Source: Candidatus Cloacimonadales bacterium
GTDB taxonomy: Bacteria; Cloacimonadota; Cloacimonadia; Cloacimonadales; JAIOQZ01
Reading direction: 5' to 3'
DNA length: 64,000 nucleotides
Assembly (NCBI GenBank): GCA_963665815.1
Contig: OY762463.1
Span: 3,296,001 to 3,360,000, forward strand
Part shown: positions 10,976 through 21,774 of the stretch, in pieces
Numbering within the stretch: position 1 is the stretch's first letter
How the letters are laid out: every line of letters begins with the position of its first letter
Position numbers and translations under genes: made by a program
The notes under the pieces: generated by a model
What the model was told of the DNA's origin: nothing
Database searches by the model: none
What the model saw: the letters and a program-made list of their open reading frames with translations, nothing else

Positions 10976-10999
10976 AATTCCTCCGAATTTATTAAGTTT

Positions 11000-11317
11000 T
11001 TAATGATATATTTTTTCGATTGGCAATAATACGATACTGCCAAGGTTATCTTCAATGAAATTAATTCCCGAAAGTTTCAATTCCTTCAATAAAAAGTCAA
11101 CCTGTTCTTTTTCCACGACCGCCATAAATATTGTCGAGTATGCAGTGTCAGAGTCTATAGAGTTCCTGAATCCGGCAAATAAAGGCATATTGAAAGCCAT
11201 TTTATGCACCAGAGATTCTCCTGAAAGGATGATTGAATTTTCAATCCCTGATTCTGTAAGAGCCATTGAAATGTCGTCCTGATATCTTTCTTCAAATAAT
11301 TGTAATATCATGTACAT
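11000..11317 (-). CDS. Small PII-like (GlnB-fold) protein, putative transporter regulator
   Basis: 105 aa; size and pattern (ALTESGIENSIIL, T-loop-like PLFAGFR, GSIVLLPIE) resemble transporter-associated PII-like proteins; 2-nt gap to the antiporter gene. Confidence 0.55.
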   Translation of the reverse strand: MYMILQLFEERYQDDISMALTESGIENSIILSGESLVHKMAFNMPLFAGFRNSIDSDTAYSTIFMAVVEKEQVDFLLKELKLSGINFIEDNLGSIVLLPIEKIYH

Positions 11318-11319
11318 AA

Positions 11320-12543
11320 TTATTTCCTTTTCGTTTCAATATGTTTAGCTTCACCGGATTTAAGTAAAGCGATTTTTGCAAAAATAGGACCAATTAACAT
11401 TACGATAAATGTCGTTGCTGTGATAGAACTGAGAAGATATTCTGCAAGCTCGTGGTCTCCCTTTGCATGGAGAACTTTTGCCGCCGCCAGTGCCAGACCT
11501 ACTGCCACACCGGCTTGAGAGAACAGTGCCAGACCCAGATAATTCCGGATTTTTTTTTCGGCTTTGGTGATAGTGGCTCCAAGAAATGTGCCGCCCCATT
11601 TTCCGAATGATCTGGCAACAATATATACAACAATAAACAGCCAGTAGTCATGTATGAGTTTAAGGTTAAGGTGGGCACCTATAAGGACAAAGAACCAGAT
11701 ATACATAGGTGGTGACCATTCACCGAGTGTTGTAAAGACCTTGGAGGCTATCAGTTTTTCTCTGTTTACCAGAACAATACCCATGACCATGTTGAGCATG
11801 ATAGGGGAGATGTCCAGCAGTTCTGAAAGACCGCAGTTTATAAGGATTACTGCCAGAGAAATCTGCAGGATATTAAGCTTGCTTCTGACATATCGGAATA
11901 CAAATGTAAGAATGTAACCAACAACACCGCCTATAAGGATAGCTAATCCGAGATCTTTTCCGGCATGCAGCAGAGCGGTTCCAATGCTTACATCAACTGA
12001 GCTGGCTGAATCCATGAATATCATTGCGACCGGGAAAGAAATTGAGTACAGGATCAGAGCAAGGATATCATCAAAAGCCATAACAGCGTACAGAGTTGTT
12101 GTCAATGAACCTTTAGCTTTGTATTGTTTGATAACTTCTACAGTTCCGGCAGGTGCTGTGGCTGATGCCAATGCTCCGAAGATAATTCCCAGCGGAACGT
12201 TCTTCAGCAGAATAGAACTGGCAACAGAGACAAGTATAAAGGCTCCGAGAGCTTCCAGTAGAACAATCATTATGATTTGTTTACCGAGTTTTTTAATCTC
12301 AGATATCTGAAGCTCACCGCCAATACCAAAACCGATTAATGACAGCACAATCAGGTTGATTATATTCAGCGAGTCAACCTGTTCCTTGGTGATTATATTG
12401 AATACAGCAGGACCTACAATAGCACCTGCAACAATATATCCCACAATCAGGGGCGTTTTCAAAGATGATGCTCCCCGGGCGATTATCAGAGAAAGGATAA
12501 CCGAACCGCCGAGAAAGAGCAGCAGCATGTGTTCGGACATCAT
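11320..12543 (-). CDS. Cation:proton antiporter (Na+/H+ or K+/H+ exchanger family)
   Basis: Many TM helices; GYIVAGAIVGP, GGEL, ATAPA, AFDD, SQAGVAVGL motifs. Confidence 0.9.
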   Translation of the reverse strand: MMSEHMLLLFLGGSVILSLIIARGASSLKTPLIVGYIVAGAIVGPAVFNIITKEQVDSLNIINLIVLSLIGFGIGGELQISEIKKLGKQIIMIVLLEALGAFILVSVASSILLKNVPLGIIFGALASATAPAGTVEVIKQYKAKGSLTTTLYAVMAFDDILALILYSISFPVAMIFMDSASSVDVSIGTALLHAGKDLGLAILIGGVVGYILTFVFRYVRSKLNILQISLAVILINCGLSELLDISPIMLNMVMGIVLVNREKLIASKVFTTLGEWSPPMYIWFFVLIGAHLNLKLIHDYWLFIVVYIVARSFGKWGGTFLGATITKAEKKIRNYLGLALFSQAGVAVGLALAAAKVLHAKGDHELAEYLLSSITATTFIVMLIGPIFAKIALLKSGEAKHIETKRK

Positions 12544-12546
12544 AGG

Positions 12547-13008
12547 CTAATCCCTGCTTTGGAATATTTCGTATACTTCCTGTGCTGTATCAGCTTTCAG
12601 AAGGTTATCGTAAATATCCTTATTTTTCAAACGGAGAACAAGCTTTGAAAGGAGTTTAATATAATCTTTGTCCTGTTTATCAGATGCTCCTATCATGAAT
12701 ATCAGATGAACAGGATTGTCGTCAATTGATTCGTATTCTATACCTTCTCTGGATCGACCAACGGCAATTACAAAATCTTTTACTGATGAATGACGTGCAT
12801 GTGGGATGGCAATACCATAACCGATACCGGTACTCATAAGTTTTTCTCTGTCATGAATACTTTTTTTGAACTTCTTACAGTCGGTAATCAGTTCATTCTT
12901 ACAGATAAGCTCCAGCATTGTATCAAGAGCTTCTTTTTTGGTGCATTTACCGAGATCAACGATATAATCAGCATCAAATAATTCCGAAATATTAAAATTA
13001 TTTTTCAT
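12547..13008 (-). CDS. PTS EIIA component (PtsN/fructose-type EIIA)
   Basis: REKLMSTGIGYGIAIPHAR with the phospho-acceptor His; DDNPVHLIFMI. Confidence 0.92.
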   Translation of the reverse strand: MKNNFNISELFDADYIVDLGKCTKKEALDTMLELICKNELITDCKKFKKSIHDREKLMSTGIGYGIAIPHARHSSVKDFVIAVGRSREGIEYESIDDNPVHLIFMIGASDKQDKDYIKLLSKLVLRLKNKDIYDNLLKADTAQEVYEIFQSRD

Positions 13009-13425
13009 AGTTTCACCTCTCTATTAGAGTCGGGTTTAATGATGTAAGTTTAAAGTCAATTTTTTTTTATAAGAATATATGTCAAAATGTTTGCTGTCAA
13101 GTTTTTGAAAAACAAAAGTTTGAAATGGAGGTTAGTGGTAATTCCTGAAGACGTACTTTTGATCATAATTACAATAGTGTTACGGGTTGTATAGAGGATA
13201 ATCTCGCAGTTTGTGGATAGATCAAAATTTTGTGTCTGACTTTCCAAATTGTCGGTCACAATAATCTACTTGATATATGTAAATAAAAATTTAAATGTTA
13301 AATTATGAATTATATAAGCTTATAATTCTTTCATAAATAAAAGAACATGTTCTCAATTTTTTCTACTTGACAAGTGTATAGAGAAATTTACATATAATAT
13401 AATAAAGTCTTGTAAAGGTGTAACT

Positions 13426-16400
13426 ATGATGGGATCAAGTATTGTACTAATGAAGGTTGATACAGATGCAGTATCTACAAATAGGGGTTTTTTGTATCAG
13501 TATTTAATTACTTTGAATGATTGGATAAATATCTTCCTGAACCAAAGTAGAGATATTGACATTTATTGTGAAACAGAGGATGATATATTTGAAAGAAACC
13601 ATAAAAGCAGTACTGTAAAGTTTACTCAGGTTAAATGCTTTAGGGAAGGATTCAGTCAGAATAGCCCTGAAATTAAGAAAACACTTCTCAATTTCTTCAT
13701 GCTTTATCTGAAGTACAATGGAGAGTATGATGGTACTTTCTTATTTACAACAACTGCTGGACTCAAAAAAAGAGCTGGTAAATTTTTGCGTGAATGGGAG
13801 AGCATACAGTATAGCAAAATGGATGTAATTAAAAAATTCTCTGTGCCAACAAAAGAAATACTAATTAAATACATTCATTCTTTATTAAGAAAAAGTAAGA
13901 AGGAAGCAAATTCATCGTGGTACAATATGGTGTTGAACATTCTTGAAAACATCAGGTCAGATAGATTTGATGACTTCATCCAAAGAATACGATGGAAATT
14001 TCTAGATATTGAACCTAACGAGGCTATTAGAAAGATTAACGAAGAAATAGAAAAAAAAATTCGTAAGTTTCCAAAGCATGGAGATAAAACCAGTATAATT
14101 TTTGCAAAATTATTAACTGAAATATCTTTTCGATCTTCGAAAACGAGAATTGATGAACGAGTTTTAAATTTTGGAATATTGGATTCAATAATTAATGGAA
14201 CTATACAGGAAATTGAGCAAAGTATAAGCAAAAGGATAAGAAGATTGATGGCTGATAAGGATGATATAGTTAATCATGTTAAATCAATAGATAAAACCAT
14301 AACTAATCTCTATGATGAGTTTAGTGAGGTATTTAGTAGTGAGTTTACTTTTAAAGAATTCGTGAGACAATATAAGGATTGTGAGTTAAGAGAACTGAGT
14401 AGAGTCAATTTTATAGGGTTACATATGCCTGATGGAATGAAGCAAAATAATGAGATGAGTTTAGAGGATATATATGTAACACCGAAATTCAGAATAAGAC
14501 GAACTAAAGCCATCAATGTGCAAGATATGGATGATTTTCTCGTTGAAGATGACGAATCTGATGTAGATTACTCCGATTTACTAAATGATGACAGAAATAG
14601 AGTTGTTATTCTGGGAGGACCAGGGACGGGAAAATCTACATTAGTAAAATCATTGATATGTAATATTCTTAATAACAAGAAGAATATTATCAACAATACT
14701 GAGATATACAAAAGAATTCCTTTCAGAATTGAGTTAAGGAAGTACTTAGCAAAGAAGCTCAAAAATGACTACAATATAATTCAGTATATTGTTTCTGAGC
14801 TTAAATGTAAATACGTAAAGGATGTTGATGAAAGGCAAATAACAAGAATCATAGAAAAACATCCAACAATATTTTTTTTTGATGGACTTGATGAAATATT
14901 TGATCCAATGAACAAGAATGATGTAAGAAATGATATTGAAAATTTTACAAGTATATCGGAACATATTTACACTGTTGTTACTTCAAGATTAGCTGGTTAT
15001 GAAGAAGTAAAATTCAGTAGTGATTTTACAGAAATAAATATCTTGGATTTTGAGAGAGATAAAATAGAAAAATATATAAAAATGTGGTATCATCAATTTT
15101 ACAGGGAAATCGAAGACACTAAAAGACGTGATGATGAAATAAAAGCATTAAACGCGGAAATAGAAACTGTTGACGAAGAGTTAAAAAGTAATCCTTTATT
15201 ACTATCATTAATTGTTCTTCTCTTTAGCAATCAAAAAAAAATACCTAAGTCTAAGCTACAAATATATAGAAGTTGCACAAACACTCTAGTAACTAAATGG
15301 GATAAGAACAAAAAAGATATGATAATCGAAATTGAACAAGACTTACTCAATTATAAGGAATCAATTCTGTCAAATTTAGCTTATTGGGAGTACGAACGAT
15401 TGAGTTCTAAAAGCAAGCTTGATGTAACTCATGAACAAATAACTCGAAGAATTGTCCAAATAATACTTGAAGATCTAAAGCTAGTTGATGATCATAATAT
15501 TGCGGAAAAGTGGGCAAATGAGTTTCTAACATACATTGAAAAAAGGTCTATCTATTTCGACAATGAGTTTACACACAAAACTTTTAGAGAATATTACACA
15601 GCAAAATGGATTTATACTAACTTTGAGAAAAAGCATAAAATCTCTGATCGTGACAAACTAATTAACCGATATATAAGTAAACCTTTCTGGTTCATAGTCT
15701 TAGAATTGTTGTTTAACATGATAGATGCAGGCCAGTCTGATAACGATATTTTGGATGAATTGTTTAAAAATCATGGGGTTAATGAAGAAGCATTTCCTTT
15801 TATTATATATGTACTGCCTAAGGTAACCTTTATAAGTAATACTCTAGTAAAGAGCTTAGTAAAAAAGTCTCTTGAGATTACTATTGAAAGTGCTTTGAAC
15901 GATTCTTCTAAAGAAGTTGATAACGATTCACTTCATAAAAAAATATTTCAACAGTTTCGACATATAATTGTATCCTCCAAATTTAGAACATATCTGTTTG
16001 ATAATATGGATAGTTTGTTTCAGGAAAAAATAATTAATAAAAGATATCTTCAAATGTTAATTCTTTTTGTTTTCGATTTGAGAATTCTAGGTGAGTTCGA
16101 AAATATTGAAGGACTAGAAAAAGAAGCTGATACTTTTTGTAAGAAATATCTTACATATATTGAGGACAGATCAAAAAATAATGAAGTAATATATTGGTTA
16201 ATTAGAATTTTCAAACTAATCAAAATAACAATGAATGATATTGAAAACTACTTTTTAATATATGGAGCTGATAATCTGCATCAATTCTACAATTCCACAT
16301 TTAGATCTGGTTTAAGTTATGGTTGTGCGCTGAGAGTCATTGAAAACTTTATCTTGAATGAAGAAAACATTAAAGATTTGGATAAGAATTTGTCAATTCT

Positions 16401-16731
16401 TCTAAAACACTATAATAAACTTAATAATATGGTCAGACGTCCAATTTTTCATTTAAAGATGAGTTTATTTGAGAAATTGATAGAATGCTTACTACAAACT
16501 AAAAAAATCGAAACCAAAATTTTCATTCTCTTCTATTTTTCTTCCATTAGAACACGAAGAAATCAAAAGAAATTTAATAATTATGTAAATAAGAAACTTC
16601 CAGAGGAAATGGCATTGATTGTAGAATACATATCTATGACTAACATTTCATTAAGCAAGAAAAGAAGCTATATACTAGAAAAACTGGGGGTAAATAAATC
16701 ATATAATCAAATGCAGTTGGAATTAGATTGA
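13426..16731 (+). CDS. PD-(D/E)xK-like nuclease fused to a NACHT (STAND) NTPase; candidate NLR-like anti-phage protein
   Basis: N-terminal DA..TNRGFLYQ, ETEDDI, QVK (Cap4/DUF4297-like); Walker A GGPGTGKS, Walker B FFFDGLDE, VVTSR, NPLLL, FTHKTFREYY; AT-rich and opposite in orientation to its neighbours. Confidence 0.85.
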   Translation: MMGSSIVLMKVDTDAVSTNRGFLYQYLITLNDWINIFLNQSRDIDIYCETEDDIFERNHKSSTVKFTQVKCFREGFSQNSPEIKKTLLNFFMLYLKYNGEYDGTFLFTTTAGLKKRAGKFLREWESIQYSKMDVIKKFSVPTKEILIKYIHSLLRKSKKEANSSWYNMVLNILENIRSDRFDDFIQRIRWKFLDIEPNEAIRKINEEIEKKIRKFPKHGDKTSIIFAKLLTEISFRSSKTRIDERVLNFGILDSIINGTIQEIEQSISKRIRRLMADKDDIVNHVKSIDKTITNLYDEFSEVFSSEFTFKEFVRQYKDCELRELSRVNFIGLHMPDGMKQNNEMSLEDIYVTPKFRIRRTKAINVQDMDDFLVEDDESDVDYSDLLNDDRNRVVILGGPGTGKSTLVKSLICNILNNKKNIINNTEIYKRIPFRIELRKYLAKKLKNDYNIIQYIVSELKCKYVKDVDERQITRIIEKHPTIFFFDGLDEIFDPMNKNDVRNDIENFTSISEHIYTVVTSRLAGYEEVKFSSDFTEINILDFERDKIEKYIKMWYHQFYREIEDTKRRDDEIKALNAEIETVDEELKSNPLLLSLIVLLFSNQKKIPKSKLQIYRSCTNTLVTKWDKNKKDMIIEIEQDLLNYKESILSNLAYWEYERLSSKSKLDVTHEQITRRIVQIILEDLKLVDDHNIAEKWANEFLTYIEKRSIYFDNEFTHKTFREYYTAKWIYTNFEKKHKISDRDKLINRYISKPFWFIVLELLFNMIDAGQSDNDILDELFKNHGVNEEAFPFIIYVLPKVTFISNTLVKSLVKKSLEITIESALNDSSKEVDNDSLHKKIFQQFRHIIVSSKFRTYLFDNMDSLFQEKIINKRYLQMLILFVFDLRILGEFENIEGLEKEADTFCKKYLTYIEDRSKNNEVIYWLIRIFKLIKITMNDIENYFLIYGADNLHQFYNSTFRSGLSYGCALRVIENFILNEENIKDLDKNLSILLKHYNKLNNMVRRPIFHLKMSLFEKLIECLLQTKKIETKIFILFYFSSIRTRRNQKKFNNYVNKKLPEEMALIVEYISMTNISLSKKRSYILEKLGVNKSYNQMQLELD

Positions 16732-16743
16732 GATAAGTAGTAG

Positions 16744-16808
16744 TTTGACGACAGAATAGAAATATATTTATGATGATTTCAGAGCTTACACAAAATTATT
16801 TACTCACT
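16744..16808 (+). mobile_element. Probable IS256-family 3' end remnant
   Basis: Reads FDDRIEIYL* like IS256 transposase C-termini, then TTACACAAAATTATTTAC, which resembles IS256-family right inverted repeats. Confidence 0.5.
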
Positions 16809-16854
16809 AATCCCTTTCCTTTTCTTCTTTCGTGTCCTTTAGTGTATTTCAAGG

Positions 16855-18057
16855 TTACAAAACCTTCTTGCCTGCTATATAAACGGCTTTTATTGCATCT
16901 CTTTTACTGACAAAGATCAGGTCTGAAAGAAGCTCATGGACTTCCATGCTTCTCAGTTTCATAAAGAGGAAATCTGCCTGTTTACCCACTTCGATTGAGC
17001 CGATAATATCATCCTTACGGAGTGCTTTTGCTGCTCCCAGAGTTGAGTAATAGAATGGAGCGGAAAGCGGCATGGAGAAATTATTCTGTCTGTAGAGCAT
17101 CATTTTCATAATGTACGGCATGTAAAGGCTTGTTCCTGCGCCAACATCAGAAGCAAGACCGAATAACAGGTCATGTTTGTGTGCTTTAATAACAGGGAAT
17201 TCTCCTGATCGCAGGAAGAAATTTGAATCAGGACAATGGGCAATGGTTGTGCCTGTGTTGTGCAGAAGATCCATTTCGTAGTCAGTAAGGTGGATACAGT
17301 GTCCCATAATGGTTTTAGGGGTAAGAATTCCGCAGTCATTATAGACATCTGCATACGGTTTATTATACATGCTTTTCACCAGTTCTACTTCTTTCAGGTT
17401 TTCCGAAAGGTGGGTCTGGATGTATGCGTTATTTTTCTGTGCGTAATCACCGGTCATTTTCATGAGTTTTTCCGAGCAGACCGGGACAAATCTTGGAGTA
17501 AACACGTACTCCAGCAGAGGTGTTTTCTTATTCCATTTCTCGAACAACTCTATACTCTGTTCAACGGATGCATCTGTATCTTCCTGAAGGAATTCCGGAG
17601 AATTACAGTCCATCATAACTTTACCGATTATGGTACGGACACCGAGTGATTCAGCAATTCTGAAAGCAGCTTCCGTGGCAGTCTTAAACACGGATGTATA
17701 CACCACAGAGGTTGTTGTTCCGCAGTGGATCAGTTCATTAAAGAATCGAAGAGCAGTTTCCAGGGCATAGTTCTCATCTGCTGATTTTCGTTCTTCACTG
17801 AAGATGTATTTATTAAGCCAGTCGAGCAGGGCAGGCTCGTATTTACCTCTTACAAAATACTGGGAGAGGTGTACATGAGTATCTATAAAACCGGGCATAC
17901 ATACAAAGCTTGTATAATCGGTAAATTCCTGATCAGGATCAATGCTTTCTGATATATTTACAATTTCAGATTCATCTATAGTGATAAAGACGTTTTGCTT
18001 AAGTTCTGCAGAGTCTTTTGATAAAGGATTCAGTATATTAGTCTTGAAAATTTGCAT
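16855..18057 (-). CDS. guaD: Guanine deaminase (amidohydrolase)
   Basis: PGFIDTHVH, TPRF, QTHLSEN, HCPDSNFFL, SDVGAG. Confidence 0.92.
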   Translation of the reverse strand: MQIFKTNILNPLSKDSAELKQNVFITIDESEIVNISESIDPDQEFTDYTSFVCMPGFIDTHVHLSQYFVRGKYEPALLDWLNKYIFSEERKSADENYALETALRFFNELIHCGTTTSVVYTSVFKTATEAAFRIAESLGVRTIIGKVMMDCNSPEFLQEDTDASVEQSIELFEKWNKKTPLLEYVFTPRFVPVCSEKLMKMTGDYAQKNNAYIQTHLSENLKEVELVKSMYNKPYADVYNDCGILTPKTIMGHCIHLTDYEMDLLHNTGTTIAHCPDSNFFLRSGEFPVIKAHKHDLLFGLASDVGAGTSLYMPYIMKMMLYRQNNFSMPLSAPFYYSTLGAAKALRKDDIIGSIEVGKQADFLFMKLRSMEVHELLSDLIFVSKRDAIKAVYIAGKKVL

Positions 18058-18090
18058 AGCAATCCCCTGTAAGGTTAATATGATTTATTT

Positions 18091-19353
18091 TTAGTTTGTA
18101 TCCGGTAATCTGGAGATTTTTACTTTACTGATTTTTCTTCTTGTTACGTTAAGAATCTGAACTCTCCACCCGTTTATTGTGAGTTTTTGTCCTTGTGTAG
18201 GAATTCTTGATAGCTCATTAATGATCAATCCGGCTATAGTCTGATACTTGCTGCTTTCAGGCAGATCAAGATCATACAGATCGTTAAGATCATCAACATC
18301 TACATAACCTTGAACGATGTAAACTCCATCGCTTATAACTTCAATATCTTTTTCGATATCTTCATCATATTCGTCCTCAATTTCTCCAACAATTTCCTCG
18401 AGGATATCTTCAATAGTAACCAGACCGGCAGTTCCTCCATAAGAGTCTACAATAATGGTCATAGTGATTCTACGGGATTGCATTTCTCTGAGTAAGGTCA
18501 CAGCATCCATAGTTTCCGGTACGAAATAGGGAGCACGAACAAAGTCTTTAGCAGTCATTCCGGATGTATCTTTATGTTTAAGAAGATCATAAATGATCAG
18601 GATTCCAATTATCTTGTCCTGGGTGTCCTCATAGACTGGGAACCTGGTATAACCTTCTTCTCTGGCTATTTTAAGAATTTCCGGTACAGGAGTTGTATCT
18701 TCCAAAGCAATGAGATCAGTTCTGGGTATCATAACATTTCTTGCTTTAAGTTCGTTGAATTCAAGAGCTTCTACCAGCATTTCCCTTTGTTCTTCTTCCA
18801 GCTCTACTTCATCTTCATTTTCTGTAAGAAGATAATGGATATCGTCTCTGGTCAGCATAATATACTGATTTTCTTCAGGCAGCTTGAATCTTGAGGTCAG
18901 TGTTTTGTTAAGGATTGAGATTATAGCTACAAATGGTTTAAGCAGAATATAAAAGAATGTAACCAGGGAAAAAGTCTTTGGTACAAGTATATTTGCTCTT
19001 TCTCTATAGATTGATTTTGGGATAATCTCCGCAAAAAGAAGTATAGCAAAAGATGTTATCAGTGGTACAAGCTCTTTGTTGATCTTCACTGATGATTGAT
19101 AAATAAGCAGGTCTGCAAACAGCACACTTAAAGAAGAAACAATAACAATGGCTATATTGGTTCCAATAAGAGTTGTACCAAGCATTTTATCGGGTTTGTC
19201 CAGAAAATTAAGAATCCTTTTTTTAGTTTTGCTGTTTCTGGATTCTTTTTCAAGTTTAATTTTATCGAGTGATATCAGTCCGGTTTCCATTCCTGAGAAG
19301 AAACCAGATAAAAGGATGAAAAGAACAATCAATACAAAATATATTATTAGCAT
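18091..19353 (-). CDS. Hemolysin/CNNM family protein (DUF21 + CBS pair + CorC_HlyC)
   Basis: SGFFSGMET, AEIIPK, VMIPR, YTRFPVY, VDSYGGTAGLVTIEDILEEIVGEIEDE. Confidence 0.93.
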   Translation of the reverse strand: MLIIYFVLIVLFILLSGFFSGMETGLISLDKIKLEKESRNSKTKKRILNFLDKPDKMLGTTLIGTNIAIVIVSSLSVLFADLLIYQSSVKINKELVPLITSFAILLFAEIIPKSIYRERANILVPKTFSLVTFFYILLKPFVAIISILNKTLTSRFKLPEENQYIMLTRDDIHYLLTENEDEVELEEEQREMLVEALEFNELKARNVMIPRTDLIALEDTTPVPEILKIAREEGYTRFPVYEDTQDKIIGILIIYDLLKHKDTSGMTAKDFVRAPYFVPETMDAVTLLREMQSRRITMTIIVDSYGGTAGLVTIEDILEEIVGEIEDEYDEDIEKDIEVISDGVYIVQGYVDVDDLNDLYDLDLPESSKYQTIAGLIINELSRIPTQGQKLTINGWRVQILNVTRRKISKVKISRLPDTN

Positions 19354-19407
19354 TGTTCTTTCCGCTTATTTAAAAAATCAGCTTTTTTCCGGTCCATGAC
19401 TGTTTAA

Positions 19408-20475
19408 TCAGTTCTCCATTTTTTCGTTTTTATGAGCTAGCTTTAGTGCTTCAATAAACTCATCTATTTCGCCAACAAGAATTGCATCTAATTTATATGA
19501 TGTCAAATTTATTCTGTGATCAGTTACTCTGGATTGAGGAAAGTTGTATGTTCTTATTTTTGCAGAACGGTCACCTGTACCAACCTGAGATCTTCTCTGG
19601 GAAGATAATTCTGCTTCCTGCTTTGCAATCTCAATATCAAGAAGACGTGATCTGAGAACCTTCATAGCTTTAGCTTTGTTCTTAAGCTGAGACTTCTCGT
19701 CCTGACAGGTTACAACAGTGTTAGTCGGGATGTGAGTGATTCTGACAGCGGAGTCAGTTGTGTTCACACTCTGTCCACCGTGTCCGGAAGATCTGTATAC
19801 ATCGATTCTGAGATCGTTGTCACTTATTTCTATGTCAACATCATCTGCTTCAGGGAGTACTGCCACAGATATTGCTGAAGTGTGAATTCTGCCGCTTGAT
19901 TCAGTTTGTGGAACTCTCTGTACGCGATGAACACCGCTTTCGAAACGCATAATTCCATATACGTTTTCCCCTGACAGTGAAAATGATACTTCCTTTACTC
20001 CACCGATACCGGTTGAGTTGATAGAAAGAACCTGTTTCTTCCAGCCTTGCTTATCTGCAAAATATGAGTACATTCTGTATAAATCCGCAGCGAAAAGTGC
20101 AGCTTCATCTCCACCTGTTCCGGCTCTGATTTCCACAATCGCATCTTTTTCGTCATTAGGATCCTTAGGAGTCAATAGTTCCTTCAGCTCTTCAAGAAGC
20201 TTTTCTGCTTTTTCATGAAGTTCTTCGTTTTCGTCCTGAGCAAGTTTAATGAATTCTTTATCTGTTTCTTCCTGAATAATTTCTTTATTAGACTCAATTT
20301 CAGACTCTATTTCCTGAAGATCATTATAACATTTCATGATTTTTGCCAGTTCATTGTATCTTTTGGATAGTTTTCTGTATGAGCGCTGATCACTCATTTC
20401 AGAAGGATCCATTACTCTTTCGTGCAATTCTTTATATTCTGATTCAAGTCTTTCCATTTTATCTTTAGGAATCAT
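19408..20475 (-). CDS. prfA: Peptide chain release factor 1
   Basis: [28 protein letters not shown] motif, IRTYNFPQ; start moved to ATG 20475 after GGAG. Confidence 0.97.
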   Translation of the reverse strand: MIPKDKMERLESEYKELHERVMDPSEMSDQRSYRKLSKRYNELAKIMKCYNDLQEIESEIESNKEIIQEETDKEFIKLAQDENEELHEKAEKLLEELKELLTPKDPNDEKDAIVEIRAGTGGDEAALFAADLYRMYSYFADKQGWKKQVLSINSTGIGGVKEVSFSLSGENVYGIMRFESGVHRVQRVPQTESSGRIHTSAISVAVLPEADDVDIEISDNDLRIDVYRSSGHGGQSVNTTDSAVRITHIPTNTVVTCQDEKSQLKNKAKAMKVLRSRLLDIEIAKQEAELSSQRRSQVGTGDRSAKIRTYNFPQSRVTDHRINLTSYKLDAILVGEIDEFIEALKLAHKNEKMEN

Positions 20476-20488
20476 GAGTTCTCCGTGA

Positions 20489-21487
20489 TTAATTTTGTGC
20501 TTTCTGTTTCTTTGCCTGTTCGGCTTCAATAATTTCGTCGGTAAGTTCTCTTACATCTCCATGCTCAGAGTAATCAAGATCAAGTGCACATTTCAATGCA
20601 ACAAGAGCAACTTCAATCTGATCATCAGAAGGAGGCTGAGTAGTTATTCTCTGAATAGCCATTCCGGGAACTGTCATCAGTTTGACTAATGGATGATGTA
20701 TATTTTTACCTGATAGTTTAAGCACTTCGTAAGAAATACCGGAAACAAAAGGTATAAGCAGAATATGGTACATCCATCTGACAGCATAGTGTGGCAAAGA
20801 ACCAAGTACATGTCCCACAATGAAATCAACTATTGTAAATACAAATAATGATATCAGTAGAACAAAGAACATAAAGCTTGTTCCACATCTTGGGTGAAGA
20901 GTAGAATACTTCTGTACTTTTTCAGGATTTAATTTATCCTGCTTTTCATAAGCATATACACTTTTATGTTCAGCTCCATGGTATTGGAACAGACGTTTCA
21001 CATCTTTCATAAATGAAATCAGCCACACATAGGTGACAAAGAATACTATTCTGATAAATCCGGCAACAAGGTTGAAGTATAGGTTATGTTTGTCCAGATC
21101 CAGCAGCTTTGCAGTAAAATAAGGTACAAACCCAAATAAGAACATTGCCAGTGCAAATGCAACAACATAACTCAGGGCTTCCTCGGTTTTCTTAGCTTTA
21201 TCAGATTTCTTTTTTGTGTTTTCATCTTCATTGTCAAGTTCCCAGCGTTGAGCAGAAAAACCCAGTGTTCTCATTCCGAGTCCCATCATCTCAATAAGAG
21301 ATGCAAAACCTCTTACTAATGGTAGTCCCAGAAATTTATTTTTCTGTGTAATCGAGATGAATTCTTCCTGTTTGACTTCAATAGAATTGTCTGCTCTTCG
21401 GACAGCAGTTGCAATCTTTTCCGGTCCGCGCATCATGACGCCTTCTATAACAGCCTGACCGCCAACTGCAATTTCTTTTCTTTTCAT
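20489..21487 (-). CDS. DUF1385 domain membrane protein
   Basis: [26 protein letters not shown]; usual rpmE-DUF1385-prfA context. Confidence 0.93.
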   Translation of the reverse strand: MKRKEIAVGGQAVIEGVMMRGPEKIATAVRRADNSIEVKQEEFISITQKNKFLGLPLVRGFASLIEMMGLGMRTLGFSAQRWELDNEDENTKKKSDKAKKTEEALSYVVAFALAMFLFGFVPYFTAKLLDLDKHNLYFNLVAGFIRIVFFVTYVWLISFMKDVKRLFQYHGAEHKSVYAYEKQDKLNPEKVQKYSTLHPRCGTSFMFFVLLISLFVFTIVDFIVGHVLGSLPHYAVRWMYHILLIPFVSGISYEVLKLSGKNIHHPLVKLMTVPGMAIQRITTQPPSDDQIEVALVALKCALDLDYSEHGDVRELTDEIIEAEQAKKQKAQN

Positions 21488-21514
21488 TAGTATCCCTTGT
21501 TTCCCTCAGGAATT

Positions 21515-21550
21515 AAAAAAAACACCACATAACAAATGTTAAGTGGTGTT
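21515..21550 (-). terminator. Terminator-like hairpin after rpmE
   Basis: AACACCAC...GTGGTGTT stem with a T-run on the minus strand. Confidence 0.65.
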
Positions 21551-21564
21551 AAAAATATTAAAAG

Positions 21565-21774
21565 CTAGTTTTTGCTTTTAAGATTATATTTACGATTGAA
21601 TTTTTCAACTCTACCGGCAGTATCCATCATTTTTTGCTTACCGGTATAAAACGGGTGACATGCTGAACAAATATCAACTTTAAGTGTTGAACTTGTACTG
21701 CGTGTCTCAAAAGTGTTACCACATGAACAAGTAACAGTAATCTTTTCGTATTTAGGATGAGTCTTTTCTTTCAT
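21565..21774 (-). CDS. rpmE: 50S ribosomal protein L31 (Zn-ribbon type)
   Basis: [24 protein letters not shown]. Confidence 0.98.
   Translation of the reverse strand: MKEKTHPKYEKITVTCSCGNTFETRSTSSTLKVDICSACHPFYTGKQKMMDTAGRVEKFNRKYNLKSKN

Noticed and set aside
13056-13259. 67-aa minus-strand ORF
   Set aside because: Lies in an AT-rich divergent promoter region; no RBS or motif
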